From NCBI GenBank assembly GCA_002269645.1, contig NIVC01001300.1, forward strand, positions 62,001 through 126,000: 64,000 nucleotides of DNA, in the 5' to 3' direction. This document shows, one piece after another, positions 11,301 to 23,924 of the stretch. Position 1 is the first letter of the stretch, and every line of letters begins with the position of its first letter. The translations under genes were made by a program, and so were the position numbers. The notes beneath the pieces were generated by a model that had not been told where the DNA came from, searched no databases, and saw nothing but the letters and a program-made list of their open reading frames with translations. The DNA comes from Macrostomum lignano (taxonomy: Eukaryota).

Positions 11301-14300
11301 TAAAAGGTACTACAAGTATCAAAAAAACATTGAATAGACATTTCCTAACTAGCCATTTTATTTATTTTCAATAGCATAACTAGAAGTTTATTGAGGGGAT
11401 AGATTCTAGAAAGTCAACGAAAGCAAAGGAAGGAAGGGCAAATGGATAGCTTTCTATTTTGGCAAAAATTGGATTAGATACCATTTGCCTTTTTCTAGTC
11501 TCTACCAAAAAGGAAGGTAATTGTATCCCCATGGTTGCACCATTGTCTATTTTTAAAGTCCATTTCAATGCCTTTAAAGCCATTATAAACTATTTGAAAA
11601 TTATTTGTTATGCAATAATAATTTATATTGACTATTATACTGTGTATAGTATACCATGGCTTTAAATTTTGGCAATAAGGAGACAGCTATTGACTCTAAT
11701 GCCAAATGAATTTTATATTAGGAACATAGCCACCTTCTATGTCTTTAAGTCTATGTATAAACCCATTTAATATTAACATGGCCATTGGCACTATATAGAC
11801 TTTATTGACACAGACAATACATCACTAATATAATATGCATTTTATATTAAAGACATAGCTGCCATGTTTATAGACTCTAATTATATAAATAGTAGGCATG
11901 TCTATAAGTATAAACCTAGGCACTATTAAAGACAGTTGCCATTTCTATAAGTTTTTGCATTATAAACATAGCTATCATATCTTTAAGAGTGACTTATATG
12001 AGATATATTTATAAAAGCCATAGTTTAGAAGGCTGGCATATAACAAAGGTCTTACCATTTTTCAGCATAGGCATACATGCGCAACTTCTGAAATTACGCT
12101 GGCCGTGCGACTTAGTTTTCGATAAAAAATGCGACTTACCTATGAAAGAGCCAAGCAAAAACTTTAGGTAAACGGCAGGAGTAACTATGACCATATTTTT
12201 AAAGCTAAATGCCTCGCCAGCTAATTAGTGCTGCGTGCAGATTCCGCGTTTTTATAACAGCTAATCAGTATGTCATCTAGTGGCGGCATGAAGCAATTAG
12301 TAAATTGTCAGTACAGTGTAGTGAGCATACTACAAAAGTCATGATTCATGAATGTCCAGAAGTACGTGAAGTGAATACAGTGTGACCTATAGCTCAAGAA
12401 CGATTTGCTAGACGATTTGGCATGGAAGATGAGAGCCCTGATTCAGATGGCTCATCAGATGCAGAATACGAATCCAGTAGAGATACAAGCTATGAAAACC
12501 CACAGATTTTTAAACCACTGAATTCTAATTCCCGGAACTAGTTTTGCATAGATTCTACATTTGAAGTCATGCTCAAACAAAAACTTGTTAACAGTTAGGA
12601 AAAAGGCAAAGATGGGAGTAATGCATGTTAAACTAAGATTTGAGACCTTTGCAAATTCTCTCCATTCCTCAATCTTCTCATCCTCTTTTTCTTTTCTCTC
12701 TCATCCCTTATCCCTTCTCTCTTACCTCTCCTCTCTCCTCTCTTTCCTCTCCTCTCCTATCTCTTCTGTCTCCTCTCTACATTCTTATCTCTCCTCTCGT
12801 CTCTCTCCATTCCACTCTACTCTCTTATCTTATCTTCCCTCTCGTCTCTCTCCACTCTACTCTCTCATCTTATCTCTCCTCTCTTTTCTACTCTCTCATC
12901 TCTCCTCTCTTCACTCTCCTCTCATCTCCTCTTTATCCTCTCTTCTCTCATCTACTCTCTCCTCTTTCCTCTTTCCTCTCTTCTGATCTCATCCATCATC
13001 TTTTCTTTCCTCTTTCCTCTCATCTCCTCTTCTCTCTCATCTCTTTTTCCTCCCTCAGCTTTTCTCTCCTCTTCTATCTTTTCTCCCATCGCATCGCTCG
13101 CCTCTCCTCTGTTTGCTTATCTCTAATCTTCTATTCCCTCTACTTTGAAGTAAGAAAATACGCACATATTTTTGCTGAAGATAAGAGAGAAGAGGGCATT
13201 GAGGAGAAAGGGTAGAGAGAAAGGGGGAGAAGAGAGGAGAGTAAAAATGAGAGGAGAGAGAAGAGGGAAAAGGGGGGAGAGAGAGAAGAGGGGAGGCAAG
13301 GTAGAGAAGAAGAGAGAGATGAGAGTTGAAGAGACACCAACCTTGCTACTCGTAGTTAGGAAGTTTCAAAGAACCCGAGGGGCGAGGGCCAGATAGAGGG
13401 GCTTCGCGAGCCGGAGTTTGCCAACCCCTGCTCCAGAGTTTAAGAAATCAATGGGAAACTGTTGACGCGGGCTTCTGATTTCAAAGATCTTGTCTGTTGT
13501 TGAAGGCTTCTATTCTGTTTTTGCTCTCCTGCCACACTTTCACCTACTACCCCCTGATTGCCTCTGACTGTGACTTACTTCCCTCTTATTGTGACTTAGC
13601 TGATCCTTTTGCGACTTACCTGATTCTTTTTGCGACTTACCTAATCCTTTTTGCGACTTACCTAATCCTTTTTGCGACTTACCTAACCCTTTTGCGACTT
13701 ACCTAATCCTTTTGCGACTTACCTAACCCTTTTGCGACTTACCTAATCCTTTTGCGACTTACCTAATCCTTTTGCGACTTACCTAATCCTTTTGCGACTT
13801 ACCTAATCCTTTTGCGACTTACCTAACCCTTTTGCGACTTACCTAACCCTTTTGCGACTTACCTAATCCTTTTGCGACTTACCTAATCCTTTTGCGACTT
13901 ACCTAATCCTTTTGCGACTTACCTAACCCTTTTGCGACTTACCTAACCCTTTTGCGACTTACCTAATCCTTTTGCGACTTACCTGATCCTTTTTGCGACT
14001 TACCTGATCCTTTTTGCGACTTACCTAATTCTTTTGCGACTTACCTAATCCTTTTGCGACTTACCTAACCCTTTTGCGACTTACCTGATCCTTTTTGCGA
14101 CTTACCTAATTCTTTTGCGACTTACCTAATCCTTTTTGCGACTTACCTGATCCTTTTTGCGACTTAGTTTGCTTCTTTTGCGACTTACCTGATCCTTTTT
14201 GCGACTTAGTTTGCTTCTTTTGCGACTTACCTGATTCCTGTTGCGACTTACCTGATTCCTGTTGCGACTTACCTGATCCTTTTTGCGACTTACCTGATTA

Positions 14301-15124
14301 TTTTTACAACTTAGTTTGCTTCTTTTGCAAATTGTTTTTCTTTTGCTTCACCATTTTCCCTGAACTGATCTTTCTTTTGCTTTCCTCTTGCCTTTCTTGG
14401 TTCTTGTGTTTTTCTGTTTTTGGTTGACTCAATTTTGCGACTTACCCCTGGTCAGCCACGATTTACGGTGGCCAGATCGGCTAGGTCGGCCAGCAGTTGC
14501 GCATGTATGAGCATAGGCCTATATCAAGATATATACTAGCATATATAACATTAAATTCATTGTGTCAAATGACAATTTTTTATATTGGCATTTCATACAA
14601 ACCTGGCATACAAACGAGGTCTCATCATTTATTCCAGTATTAAACTTGGTATGCACTAATATACAATCTGAACTATAGTATAAAAGCAACAACAAAGCCT
14701 ACTTGTCTATTGTTAAGATGCTAAAATGTGTAGTAAATAAGCATTTTTAGTACATCTTAATATTAAAAATATTTAGGCAACTATTTATAGCATAGGCCTA
14801 AATATATATTATATAATGCTATAAGCCTAGGCCTAGTGGCATTGACCTACACTATATAGTTTAAATATACGATAATAAAAAAATTAATTTAAAAGCAAGG
14901 CAACTTACTTCAAGCTTTGCATTATTATAGAAAATTGTTAAGGCACGCTGGTTCAATTGAGAAAATGTGCTACAGATTGTATTTAGATAGTTTGTTATAT
15001 TTGTATATAACTCTTTGTTAGATGATAGATTTTTATGCAATAGAAGCTCTAGATCAGCAAAGGATTTGTCAAACTCTTTTTCTAATAAGTCCTGCCATTT
15101 TACAGACTCATTTGCTGTAGACAT
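8329..15124 (-). CDS. GOPC: Golgi-associated PDZ and coiled-coil motif protein (GOPC/PIST/CAL); exons 15124-14909, 10173-9840, 9414-9258, 8736-8329, plus a possible terminal exon 7707-7635
   Basis: Recalled GOPC hallmarks are present: KWQDLLEKEFDKSF, ELYAARLTAKYLNKELAGRVQQMQLL, LWSQLEAEIRLHRCKTLLRASRGR and the PDZ segment [45 protein letters not shown]. All junctions are GT-AG with consistent phases 0/1/2/2. Confidence 0.92.
8790..9190. repeat. Degenerate GGGAGATTCTCAAG-type intronic repeat
   Basis: ggggagattctcaag and gggaatt motifs recur in GOPC intron 3. Confidence 0.8.
9480..9825. repeat. 28-31-bp minisatellite CTGGGAGGCTGGCCCAGCAACTGAGGAT (~12 copies)
   Basis: Direct periodicity in GOPC intron 2. 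Confidence 0.95.
10355..10590 (+). mobile_element. tRNA-derived CORE-type SINE, degenerate
   Basis: An A-box-like AGCTCAGTG and a B-box-like GGTTTTGATTC are followed by TGTGTCCTTGAGCAAGACACTTAAC...CCCAGCTGTAAAATGGG, which resembles the MIR/CORE domain (recalled as tgtgaccttgggcaagttacttaac...ctgtaaaatggg). Confidence 0.7.
12655..13335. repeat. Low-complexity CT-rich tract (12655-13140) followed by a GA-rich tract (13190-13335)
   Basis: Base composition is directly visible; the ORFs here are S/L/P low-complexity artefacts. Confidence 0.9.
13385..13430. mobile_element. Right end of a hAT/Charlie-like DNA element
   Basis: The segment ends GTTTGCCAACCCCTG, the reverse complement of CAGGGGTTGGCAAAC, a typical hAT-Charlie terminal repeat. 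No partner end was located. Confidence 0.45.
13595..14310. repeat. 20-21-bp minisatellite ACCTAATCCTTTTGCGACTT (~30 copies)
   Basis: Exact 20-bp period, e.g. 13681-13980. On the GOPC sense strand each unit contains AGGTAAGT. Confidence 0.97.
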
Positions 15125-15924
15125 CTTATTAGTTATATATAATTACGCCAACTGTTTTATCAATTTAACATACCAATACTTATAATTATATAATAAATCC
15201 AAAGGCTTTCATTGTCATTTTTGAATTGACTGATGATTTGTTTCAGTTGTGAATTTACAGTAGTATATGAATTTTTAAACTTAATGACTCTACTAGGCCT
15301 AGATCCAACTGAATCTAAAAATAAAAAATGAGGCTTTGAGCTAAGGTAAGGCGATTCACTTTATTTTAACTTGAATATGATATTTATTTTATATTTATAA
15401 CCAAAGCATAGGACCAGCTTCTGATAATCAAACTACCACAAAAATCTCGATAACACTAAGACTGACAATAATAACATATAAATAACTAAGTCAATTTCTT
15501 CAGACACTCGTACAAGCACTCGAATGAATGAATGAGTATTATTATTGGTTCTGATCTAACTTTAATTAAATTTTGTCGAGTTTCTTTGAAAAATATTTTT
15601 TAAATTCATTAGACTTAACAGAAAAACAAACGCTAACTTTTTCAGTTTAACAAGACATACTGAGGTGGGTAATACTCCTAAATATATTTTTTTAAACTTT
15701 CAGCTCTGCCTAAAAATACAAATCGACGACTTTCTGAACCATTTATTTTGATAAACACACATGAAAACCATTCCATTAATTAATAAGTAGGTTGTCCCAG
15801 ATCGATTGAACTACGATATAAATAATGAAAAACAGACAGTTTGAAAACAAATTGATGGCTACATCTATAATGCGTGTCATGAAAAAATATAGAAGCCTCA
15901 CAGACCCAGAGATATTGTTGGGAG

Positions 15925-16335
15925 ACTGCTGAGAGATTGCTGAGAGATTGTTGTTGAGAGATTGCTGAGAGATTTCTAGAGAGATTTCTTGAGAGATTGC
16001 AGAGAGATTTCTGAGAGATTGTTGAGAGAATGTGATAGTGATTGTTTAGAGATTGCTAAGAGATTGCTGAGAGATTGTTGAGAGATTGTTGAGAGATTGC
16101 TGAAAGATTGCTGAGAGATTTGCTGAGAGCTTGTTGAGAGATTGTTGAGAGATTGTTGAGAGATTGTTGAGAGATTGTTGAGAGAATTTTTAAGAGATTG
16201 TTGAGGGATTGTGATAGAGATTGTTGAGAAATTGCTAAAAGATTGTTGAGGGAATGTTTAAGAGATTGCTGAGAGATTGCTGAGCAGATTGTTGAGGAGA
16301 GATTGCTGTGAGATTGCTGAGATTGCTGAGGGAGA
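15925..16335. repeat. 11-bp minisatellite GAGAGATTG(C/T)T
   Basis: Direct periodicity between the GOPC start and SLC5 copy 1. Confidence 0.9.
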
Positions 16336-16377
16336 GAGAGTTTGTTTTGATTGAGTTTTGGTCCTGCACTACTCTCA

Positions 16378-16391
16378 TGGAGCCAATCAGA
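16378..16391 (+). promoter_or_regulatory. CCAAT box upstream of SLC5 copy 1
   Basis: TGGAGCCAATCAGAG matches the NF-Y consensus and is conserved upstream of copy 2, 120-160 nt before the ATG. Confidence 0.5.
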
Positions 16392-16785
16392 GCGTATACC
16401 TACTACGAGCCTAATACTACGAGCATAAACCACGCGCACTCGCAATACAGAAAGAACTCTGTTCTATATTTGAACAAATCGATCGGTTCTTATTCGACAC
16501 AGCAACATTTTCCAAAAATTTCCTCCATCCCGCCGTCATGCACCCCATAGACTACGTCCTTATCGCCTTGATCTGTCTGTCATCTGTTGCTATCGGGGTG
16601 TACACCTCGTGCACTGGCGGCCGGCAACAAACCACTAAGGAGTACCTGCTTGGCAACAGAAATCTGCAGTTGCTACCGGTGGCCATCTCAATTCTTGTGT
16701 CCTTTTGGTCCGCCATTTCTCTGCTAGGTACGTTTGTGTCATGTAATGATAACAGGACTGACAGCTTGCTTTTGATGTACGTGGA

Positions 16786-17720
16786 TGTCAGCTGAATCTC
16801 AGCTGAATCTCAGCTGAATCTCAACTGAATCTCAGCTGAATCTCAGCTGAATCTCAACTGAATCTCAGCTGAATCTCAGCTGAATCTCAACTGAATCTTA
16901 ATTGAATCTCAGCTGAATCTCAGCTGAATCTTAATTGAATCTCAACTGAATCTTAATTGAATCTCAGCTGAATCTCAACTGAATCTCAACTGAATCTCAA
17001 CTGAATTTCAACTGAATTTTAACGTATTTCAATTGTTTAAATTGAGTCAATTTTCAAACTAGTCAAAAGACAGTAGCAACTCATTACTAATGGAAACTGA
17101 TGATCCAAGGTGACACCTCTCCAGCTCAGAGAAGTCACTCAACAAGCAGCCAATTTGCATAATCGGTCAAGAGATTTACAGACAGGTAGAACAGCTGCAT
17201 GTAAACACGCTCAGTGCTTGAATTCAAATTAACTCGAATTTTGCTATCGGTGACGCAGTCCGCAAACTGACTGAGAGATCGTATCGGGTTCCCGGCATTG
17301 AGCTGCTTATTCTAATCAGTTCGCAGGTGAAAAACGCATGAACTTTCATGGTATCGACTTTCAAAATAGTTCCAATTTAGTTGAGCCACGGCTTGCATAC
17401 TTTGGCTTGAGATTCAGTTGAGATTCAGTTTGAGATTCAGTTGAGATTCAGTTTGGAATTCAGTTGAGATTCAGTTGAGATTCAGTTGAGATTCGGTTGA
17501 GATTCAGTTTGGAATTCAGTTGAGATTCAGTTGAGATTCAGTTGAGATTCGGTTGAGATTCAGTTGAGATTCAGTTGAGCTTCAGTTGAGATTCAGTTGA
17601 GACTCAGTTGAGATTCAGTTTAGATTCAGTCGAGATTCAGTTGAGATTCAGTTGAGATTCAGTTGAGATTCAGTTGAGATTCAGTGGAGATTCGGTTGAG
17701 ATTTAATGGAGATTCATCTG
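16786..17720. mobile_element. Foldback-like element, short version: (CTGAATCTCAA)n arm, ~385-bp core, (TTGAGATTCAG)n arm
   Basis: Inverted 11-bp arrays at 16786-17020 and 17406-17720 flank a core nearly identical to 47401-47785. Confidence 0.6.
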
Positions 17721-18084
17721 CGACTAAATTTATTTTCAGACTCGCACTACTGACAGTAGCTGCATAAAAGTGCACCCTATTTCGAGGTTCGCCGGCAGAG
17801 ATATTCTATTTCGGCAGTAACTACAATGTGACAGCTGTTGGCATCTCTTTGGCCTGCATTGTCAGCGCTACCACATTTGTGCCCTTGTTCTACGAGCTGG
17901 AAATTACCAGCATATATGAGGTATTTGGGATTCTATTGGAAAAACACTATTGCTTAATTTAATATCCCAAGAAAATTGGATTTATATTGTGAAGAAATCG
18001 CAGTTTGAATTTTGATAAAATAAATTTAGATTCCGATGAGATATCAATCAATCAATAAATCAAAGGATAAATTAATAAGTAAAT

Positions 18085-18483
<399 letters not shown>

Positions 18484-19079
18484 TACCTCTATCAATAAGA
18501 TAAATTAATTGCGTTAATTGCTAAATTTCAGTACGCGACCCCCCAGTCCTTGGACAGAACAGCCGTACGCAGCCTTCAGATGAGCCCAATTGGGGCAGGT
18601 GTAATCAATTATAATAATTATTTATAATTGATTGGCTTAAATATTTATTTTCAACTACACATTTTCCAGTGCTGGGCATTCCCGAATGGATTGGCATAAT
18701 CATAATTGGTTGCGTGTCTGTGGTCTGTACAGTTTTGGTAAATATTCTATTGTATTATTCTAAATTAATCTTGCCCCGTTGAAATAAAAACTCAAAGGTT
18801 AACAAATCAAATTCTTCTACAGGGAGGAATAAAAGCCGTGATCTGGTCCGATGTTTTTTAATCGGTGTTCGTCCTGATTGGTTTGGTGGCTTTGATTCTC
18901 AAGGTAAAGGTAGAAAATTTGTTTTTACTGCACTGCTGGTCTTGAGCACTTTGTAAACTTATTTACTCCTTTCTGAATAGAGCCTAGGCAATTTCTTAGT
19001 AGGAAATTTGCTAGAAGCTACTTGATATCATAGAGATTACTTAAAAATACGAAAGTAATCATTAAAGAATCGAACTACA

Positions 19080-20005
19080 CATGGAAATCCCAAAAGCCAG
19101 GGAATCCCAATATCTAGGGGAATCCCCAGAGAATCTCAGTACACAGAGAGATCCAGTAGAATCCCACTCCAGAAGGGTAATATTAAGAAAACTGCAACTA
19201 AAAAGGGTGAATTCCAAGAGAATCCCACTACAAAGGGAAATCCCAAGAGAATCCCACTACAAACGGGAATCTCAAGAGAATTCCACTATCAACGGGAATC
19301 TCAAGAGAATTCCACTATCAACGGGAATCTCAAGAGAATTCCACTATCAACGGGAATCTCAAGAGAATTCCACTATCAACGGGAATCTCAAGAGAATTCC
19401 ACTATCAACGGGAATCTCAAGAGAATCCCACTACAGACGAGAATCCCAAGAGAATCATAATACAAAAGGAAATCCCAAGAGAATTAAACTACGAAGGGAA
19501 TTCCGAGATAATCCCACTACAAAGGGGAATCCCAAGAGAATTAAACTACTGTCGCGACTTTCCTAATCATTTCTTTAGTTCACCTTCACTTGTTTCTTTT
19601 TACTCTGTTTTCTCTCTCTCTGTCTAGCTTAATCTTGTTATTCTTATCTCTCTCTCTCCCTTGCCGCCTTCTGATTGGCTCTCTATCTCGCCTCTCTCTT
19701 CAGTCGTGCACTCCACCCCTCTCCTTATTATCTGGAGCCAACCCCCCTCTAAATTAGTCATATAAGTATACTTGTTTGGGCCCTGCACCCACTTACTGCT
19801 CTGCTCCATATCTCTTAGTATTCAATTTAACTCCAATTACGACGTAAATACACTCATAGTTTAGTTATTTTTTCGACAACTACGAAGGGAACTCCGAGAT
19901 AATCCTACTACAAAGGGGAATCCCAAGGGAGAATCCCACTACAAAAGGGAATCGCAAGAGAGAATCCCAATACAATGGGGAATCCCAGAAAAATCCCACC
20001 CTCCT
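19080..20005. repeat. AAGAGAATCCC-based degenerate minisatellite interrupted by a CT-rich insert (19560-19870)
   Basis: aagagaatcccactacaaaggggaatccc recurs; a homologous array lies at 49920-50960. Confidence 0.9.
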
Positions 20006-20639
20006 AAAAAACCCCATTCAAGGCCGGTTCAGACTCCGGTGGTTTATCGGCGGTGCTGTCCACCAACTCAGATTGGAATCGATTTGACAGCCTGAACTGG
20101 AGTCCGGATCCGCGCACTCGACTGACAGTGTGGACTGGAACAATCGGGGTCAGGTTCGGCTGGATTCCCTGGTACGGACCCAACCAGGCCGCTTTTCAAC
20201 GGTTCGCTTCTTTTCCGAGTCTGACCAAGGCGAAATGGTAAATATTGTAACTGAATATTGTAAAATAGTAACTTGATTATACACCTGCCTTTCTCACTCT
20301 ATTGCCTCTTGTTCCTCTCTCACTCTAAGTCCCTCTCTCCTATCCCTCTCTTTTTCTCTAATCGTACCAAACAGAATTCCGCGCGAGAGAGGGCCAATTA
20401 ATTGAGCACAAAATTTAGATAAGTTGTTCAACTCATTGAAGGTCGATTCTAATTAACGTACCTGGTGTGGCCCTGCTTTTTATTCTGTTGGCATTCGCTG
20501 GCTACACTCACTTCTCGTTTTATACAATTCGCGGCTGCGATCCGTGCTCTGATGGACTTGTGAAATCTGTCAATCAGGTTCGTTTGATTGATTGGTAACT
20601 ATCTATGTTATTAATGTATTGACTAGCAATCTAGTGCCC

Positions 20640-21433
20640 CCTTCTAGTGCCCCCCAGATAGCAAGCATCCCCCAGATAGCAAGCATCCCCCAGACAGCAA
20701 GCATCCCCCAGACAGCAAGCATCCCACAGACAGCAAGAATCCCCCAGACAGCAAGCATCCCACAGACAGCAAGCATCCCACAGACAGCAAGCATCCCACA
20801 GACAGCAAGCATCCCACAGACAGCAAGCATCCCACAGACAGCAAGCATCCCCCAGACAGCGAGAATCCCCCAGACAGCAAGAATCCCCCAGACAGCAAGC
20901 ATCCCACAGACAGCAAGCATCCCACAGACAGCAAGCATCCCACAGATAGCAAGCATCCCACAGACAGCAAGCATCCCCCAAATAGCAAGCATCCCCCAGA
21001 CAGCAAGCATCCACTAGATAGCAAGCATCCCCCCAGACAGCAAGCATCCCCCAGATAGCAAGCATCCCCCAGATAGCAAGCATCCCGCAGATAGCAAGCA
21101 TCCCACAGACAGCAAGCATCCCCCAGACAGCGAGAATCCCCCAGACAGCAAGAATCCCCCAGACAGCAAGCATCCCACAGACAGCAAGCATCCCACAGAC
21201 AGCAAGCATCCCACAGATAGCAAGCATCCCACAGACAGCAAGCATCCCCCAAATAGCAAGCATCCCCCAGACAGCAAGCATCCACTAGATAGCAAGCATC
21301 CCCCCAGACAGCAAGCATCCCCCAGATAGCAAGCATCCCCCAGATAGCAAGCATCCCGCAGATAGCAAGCATCCCCCAGATAGCAAGCATCCCCCAGACA
21401 GCAAGCATCCCCCAGACAGCAAGCATCCCCCAG
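20640..21433. repeat. 18-bp minisatellite CCCAGACAGCAAGCATCC (~43 copies)
   Basis: 6-aa period (TASIPQ) in the ORF track; the array ends at the acceptor AG 21432-21433. Confidence 0.97.
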
Positions 21434-21744
21434 GCAGCTCGCTGGTGCCACTCCGGCGTCGCCTGAACGAGGCCGTGCTGCTCCGCCTGGCCCAGGCCTA
21501 CTTCCCCGGCGTGTCGCCCAGCAAAGACGCTTTCCTGGCCTTCCTGTCGGCTGCCAGTTCCGGTTCCGGTGAGACAGTGTGTTGTTTTTTAACTTTCCGG
21601 ACGCAATACTCGTAGCTGTGACATTTGAATCTTGCTTGCACAGAGAGTGTACATGTCTGACTATGGAGATAGTCAGGGCCGCTGTACACCCGGCGTGAGC
21701 TGGAGCCTTTGTACATACTGTATCCGTATCAGGTGCTTAGCCAG

Positions 21745-21960
21745 AAATTTTTTTCGGGGAAGATAAGCCGCCCCTGGGGAGGGAAATTTTCTTCGGGGGG
21801 GAGATTATGCCGCCCATAGCAAGGGGAATTTTCTTCGGGGGGGGGAGATTAGGCCGCCCATAGGGAGGGGAATTTTCTTCGGGGGGGGGGAGATTAGACC
21901 GCCCCTAGGAAGGGAAATTTTCTTCGGGGGAGCGGGGGATAGGCCGCCCGTAGGGAGAAA
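21745..21960. repeat. ~45-bp G-rich repeat TTTTCTTCGGGGGGG..GATTAGGCCGCCCC (4-5 copies)
   Basis: Direct recurrence in a PSMD3 intron. Confidence 0.8.
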
Positions 21961-22617
21961 AACAGGCTTAAAATTAGGCTGTTTTCGGGGTGATACGTGT
22001 GCGTTGCTTGCTCTGGTGTCACCGAAACGGGTATACCTGACCCTATCAGAAGTCGTTCTGGCACAATGTCCTCTTTATAATTGATTTAAACCCTTGTATG
22101 CCACACTTCCAACTGTAAACCTCCCCCCCCCACCCAACAGGCCAGAGTGCTCAGGCCTCCCGCCGCCTGCTCCCAGAAACAGAAGTGTTTTCACCTATTG
22201 CTGCTGCTACACTTGCTCGACTCGAATCGCCAAGCTGAGGCTGTTAACTGTTCCCAGTTCCTATAGCAACGCACCGGCCAGTTCAGCTGGCCAGCTGGCC
22301 ACCGTGCGACCCCAGATGCTGCAGCGGCTGCGCCACCCTCACCAACAGCCTGCTGCGCTCCTACCTGATGGACCGCCTGCTAGACCAGGCCGCCAGGCTA
22401 GTTAAAAAGTGTGCCTTTCCCGAGCTGGCGCCGAATCACGAGCTGGCGAGGTACCAATTCTACCTGGGCCGGATTCGGGCCGCTCAACTGCAGTAAAGCC
22501 GGGCGGCTCAGCATCTGCAGCAGGCGCTGCGCTAAAGCTGCCAGTGGTCAGCGGGCTCTGCGATTTCGTCAGATCTGCACCAAAATGCAGGTTTGTTACT
22601 GCCTACTGGTTCATGGC

Positions 22618-23170
22618 AGCGCCCCAGAGTCATTATAGAGGCGCCCCAGAGTCATTATAGAGGCGCCCCAGAGTCATTATAGAGGCACCCCAGAGTCATT
22701 ATAGAGGCGCCCCAGAGTCATTATAGAGGCGCCCCAGAGTCATTATAGAGGCGCCCCAGAGTCATTATAGAGGCGCCCCAGAGTCATTATAGAGGCGCCC
22801 CAGAGTCATTATAGAGGCGCCCCAGAGTCATTATAGAGGCGCCCCAGAGTCATTATAGAGGCGCCCCAGAGTCAGTATAGAGGCGCCCCAGAGTCATTAT
22901 AGAGGCGCCCCAGAGTCATTATAGAGGCGCCCCAGAGTCATTATAGAGGCGCCCCAGAGTCAGTATAGAGGCGCCCCAGAGTCATTATAGAGGCGCCCCA
23001 GAGTCATTATAGAGGCGCCCCAGAGTCATTATAGAGGCGCCCCAGAGTCATTATAGAGGCGCCCCAGAGTCATTATAGAGGCGCCCCAGAGTCAGTATAG
23101 AGGCGCCCCAGAGTCATTATAGAGGCGCCCCAGAGTCATTATAGAGGCGCCCCAGAGTCAGTATAGAGTC
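22618..23170. repeat. 22-bp minisatellite GCCCCAGAGTCATTATAGAGGC (~25 copies)
   Basis: Exact period of 22. Confidence 0.97.
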
Positions 23171-23924
23171 GCAGGCAATAAAACGCCGGCTAAACGCTTC
23201 AAATTGAATCTCAGGTGAACTCTTTGACGACTTTTTGGCGACTTGTACCGTGACATCTCGTCGTTTTAGAGCCGTCTGGAGTCACTCCTTTCCTATGTTA
23301 ACTGTGTTACCCGCAATGACTCTTTGACTCTTCTTTGCCTAGGTAACGTTCTCATCGGGTGTATAACTGCCAGACAACTTTTATCACGTGACTTTCTCTC
23401 TTAATGCTTGCCCAGTCACTGTAATCGCCCACTCCTCTAGTACTTTAATTTGACTGTGATAAGTACTTTTATTAAACTCCGCAGGTGGTGGTGCAACTTC
23501 TAATTGGCGAGACCCCCGATCGTCATGCGTTCCGCGAGCAGGGCCTCCGCCGGCCGCTGGCGCCCTACCTGCGCCTCACCCAGGCTGTCGAATTCAACAC
23601 CGTACTACGCGACAATGCGGCCCGATTCAAAGCCGACAACACATGGCTGCTGTGCGTCCGCCTGCGGCACAATGTCATCAAGGTCGGCGTCCGCAAGGTT
23701 GCCCTGTCCTACAGCCGCATCTCCCTGGCCGCCGTGGCCTCCAAGCTGCAGCTGGACTCGGCCGAGGAAGCCCGAATACGTGGCCGCCAAGGCTATCCGC
23801 GACAGCGTGATCGAGGCCATCACCGAGCCCGCTGACCTGTTTCAGCAGCGGATCAACTTCTGCCTGCAGGTGAGGCCTCCGGATTGATTGGCACCTGTGT
23901 ACTGCCTGCTCTTCACACCATCAC

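Noticed and set aside
12400-12540. Short acidic reading frame (QERFARRFGMEDESPDSDGSSDAEY...)
   Set aside because: It is too short and has no recognisable domain; it may be a transposon remnant.
17090-17130. Hammerhead ribozyme at GAAACTGATGA in the foldback core
   Set aside because: GAAA and CTGATGA abut with no room for the required stems.
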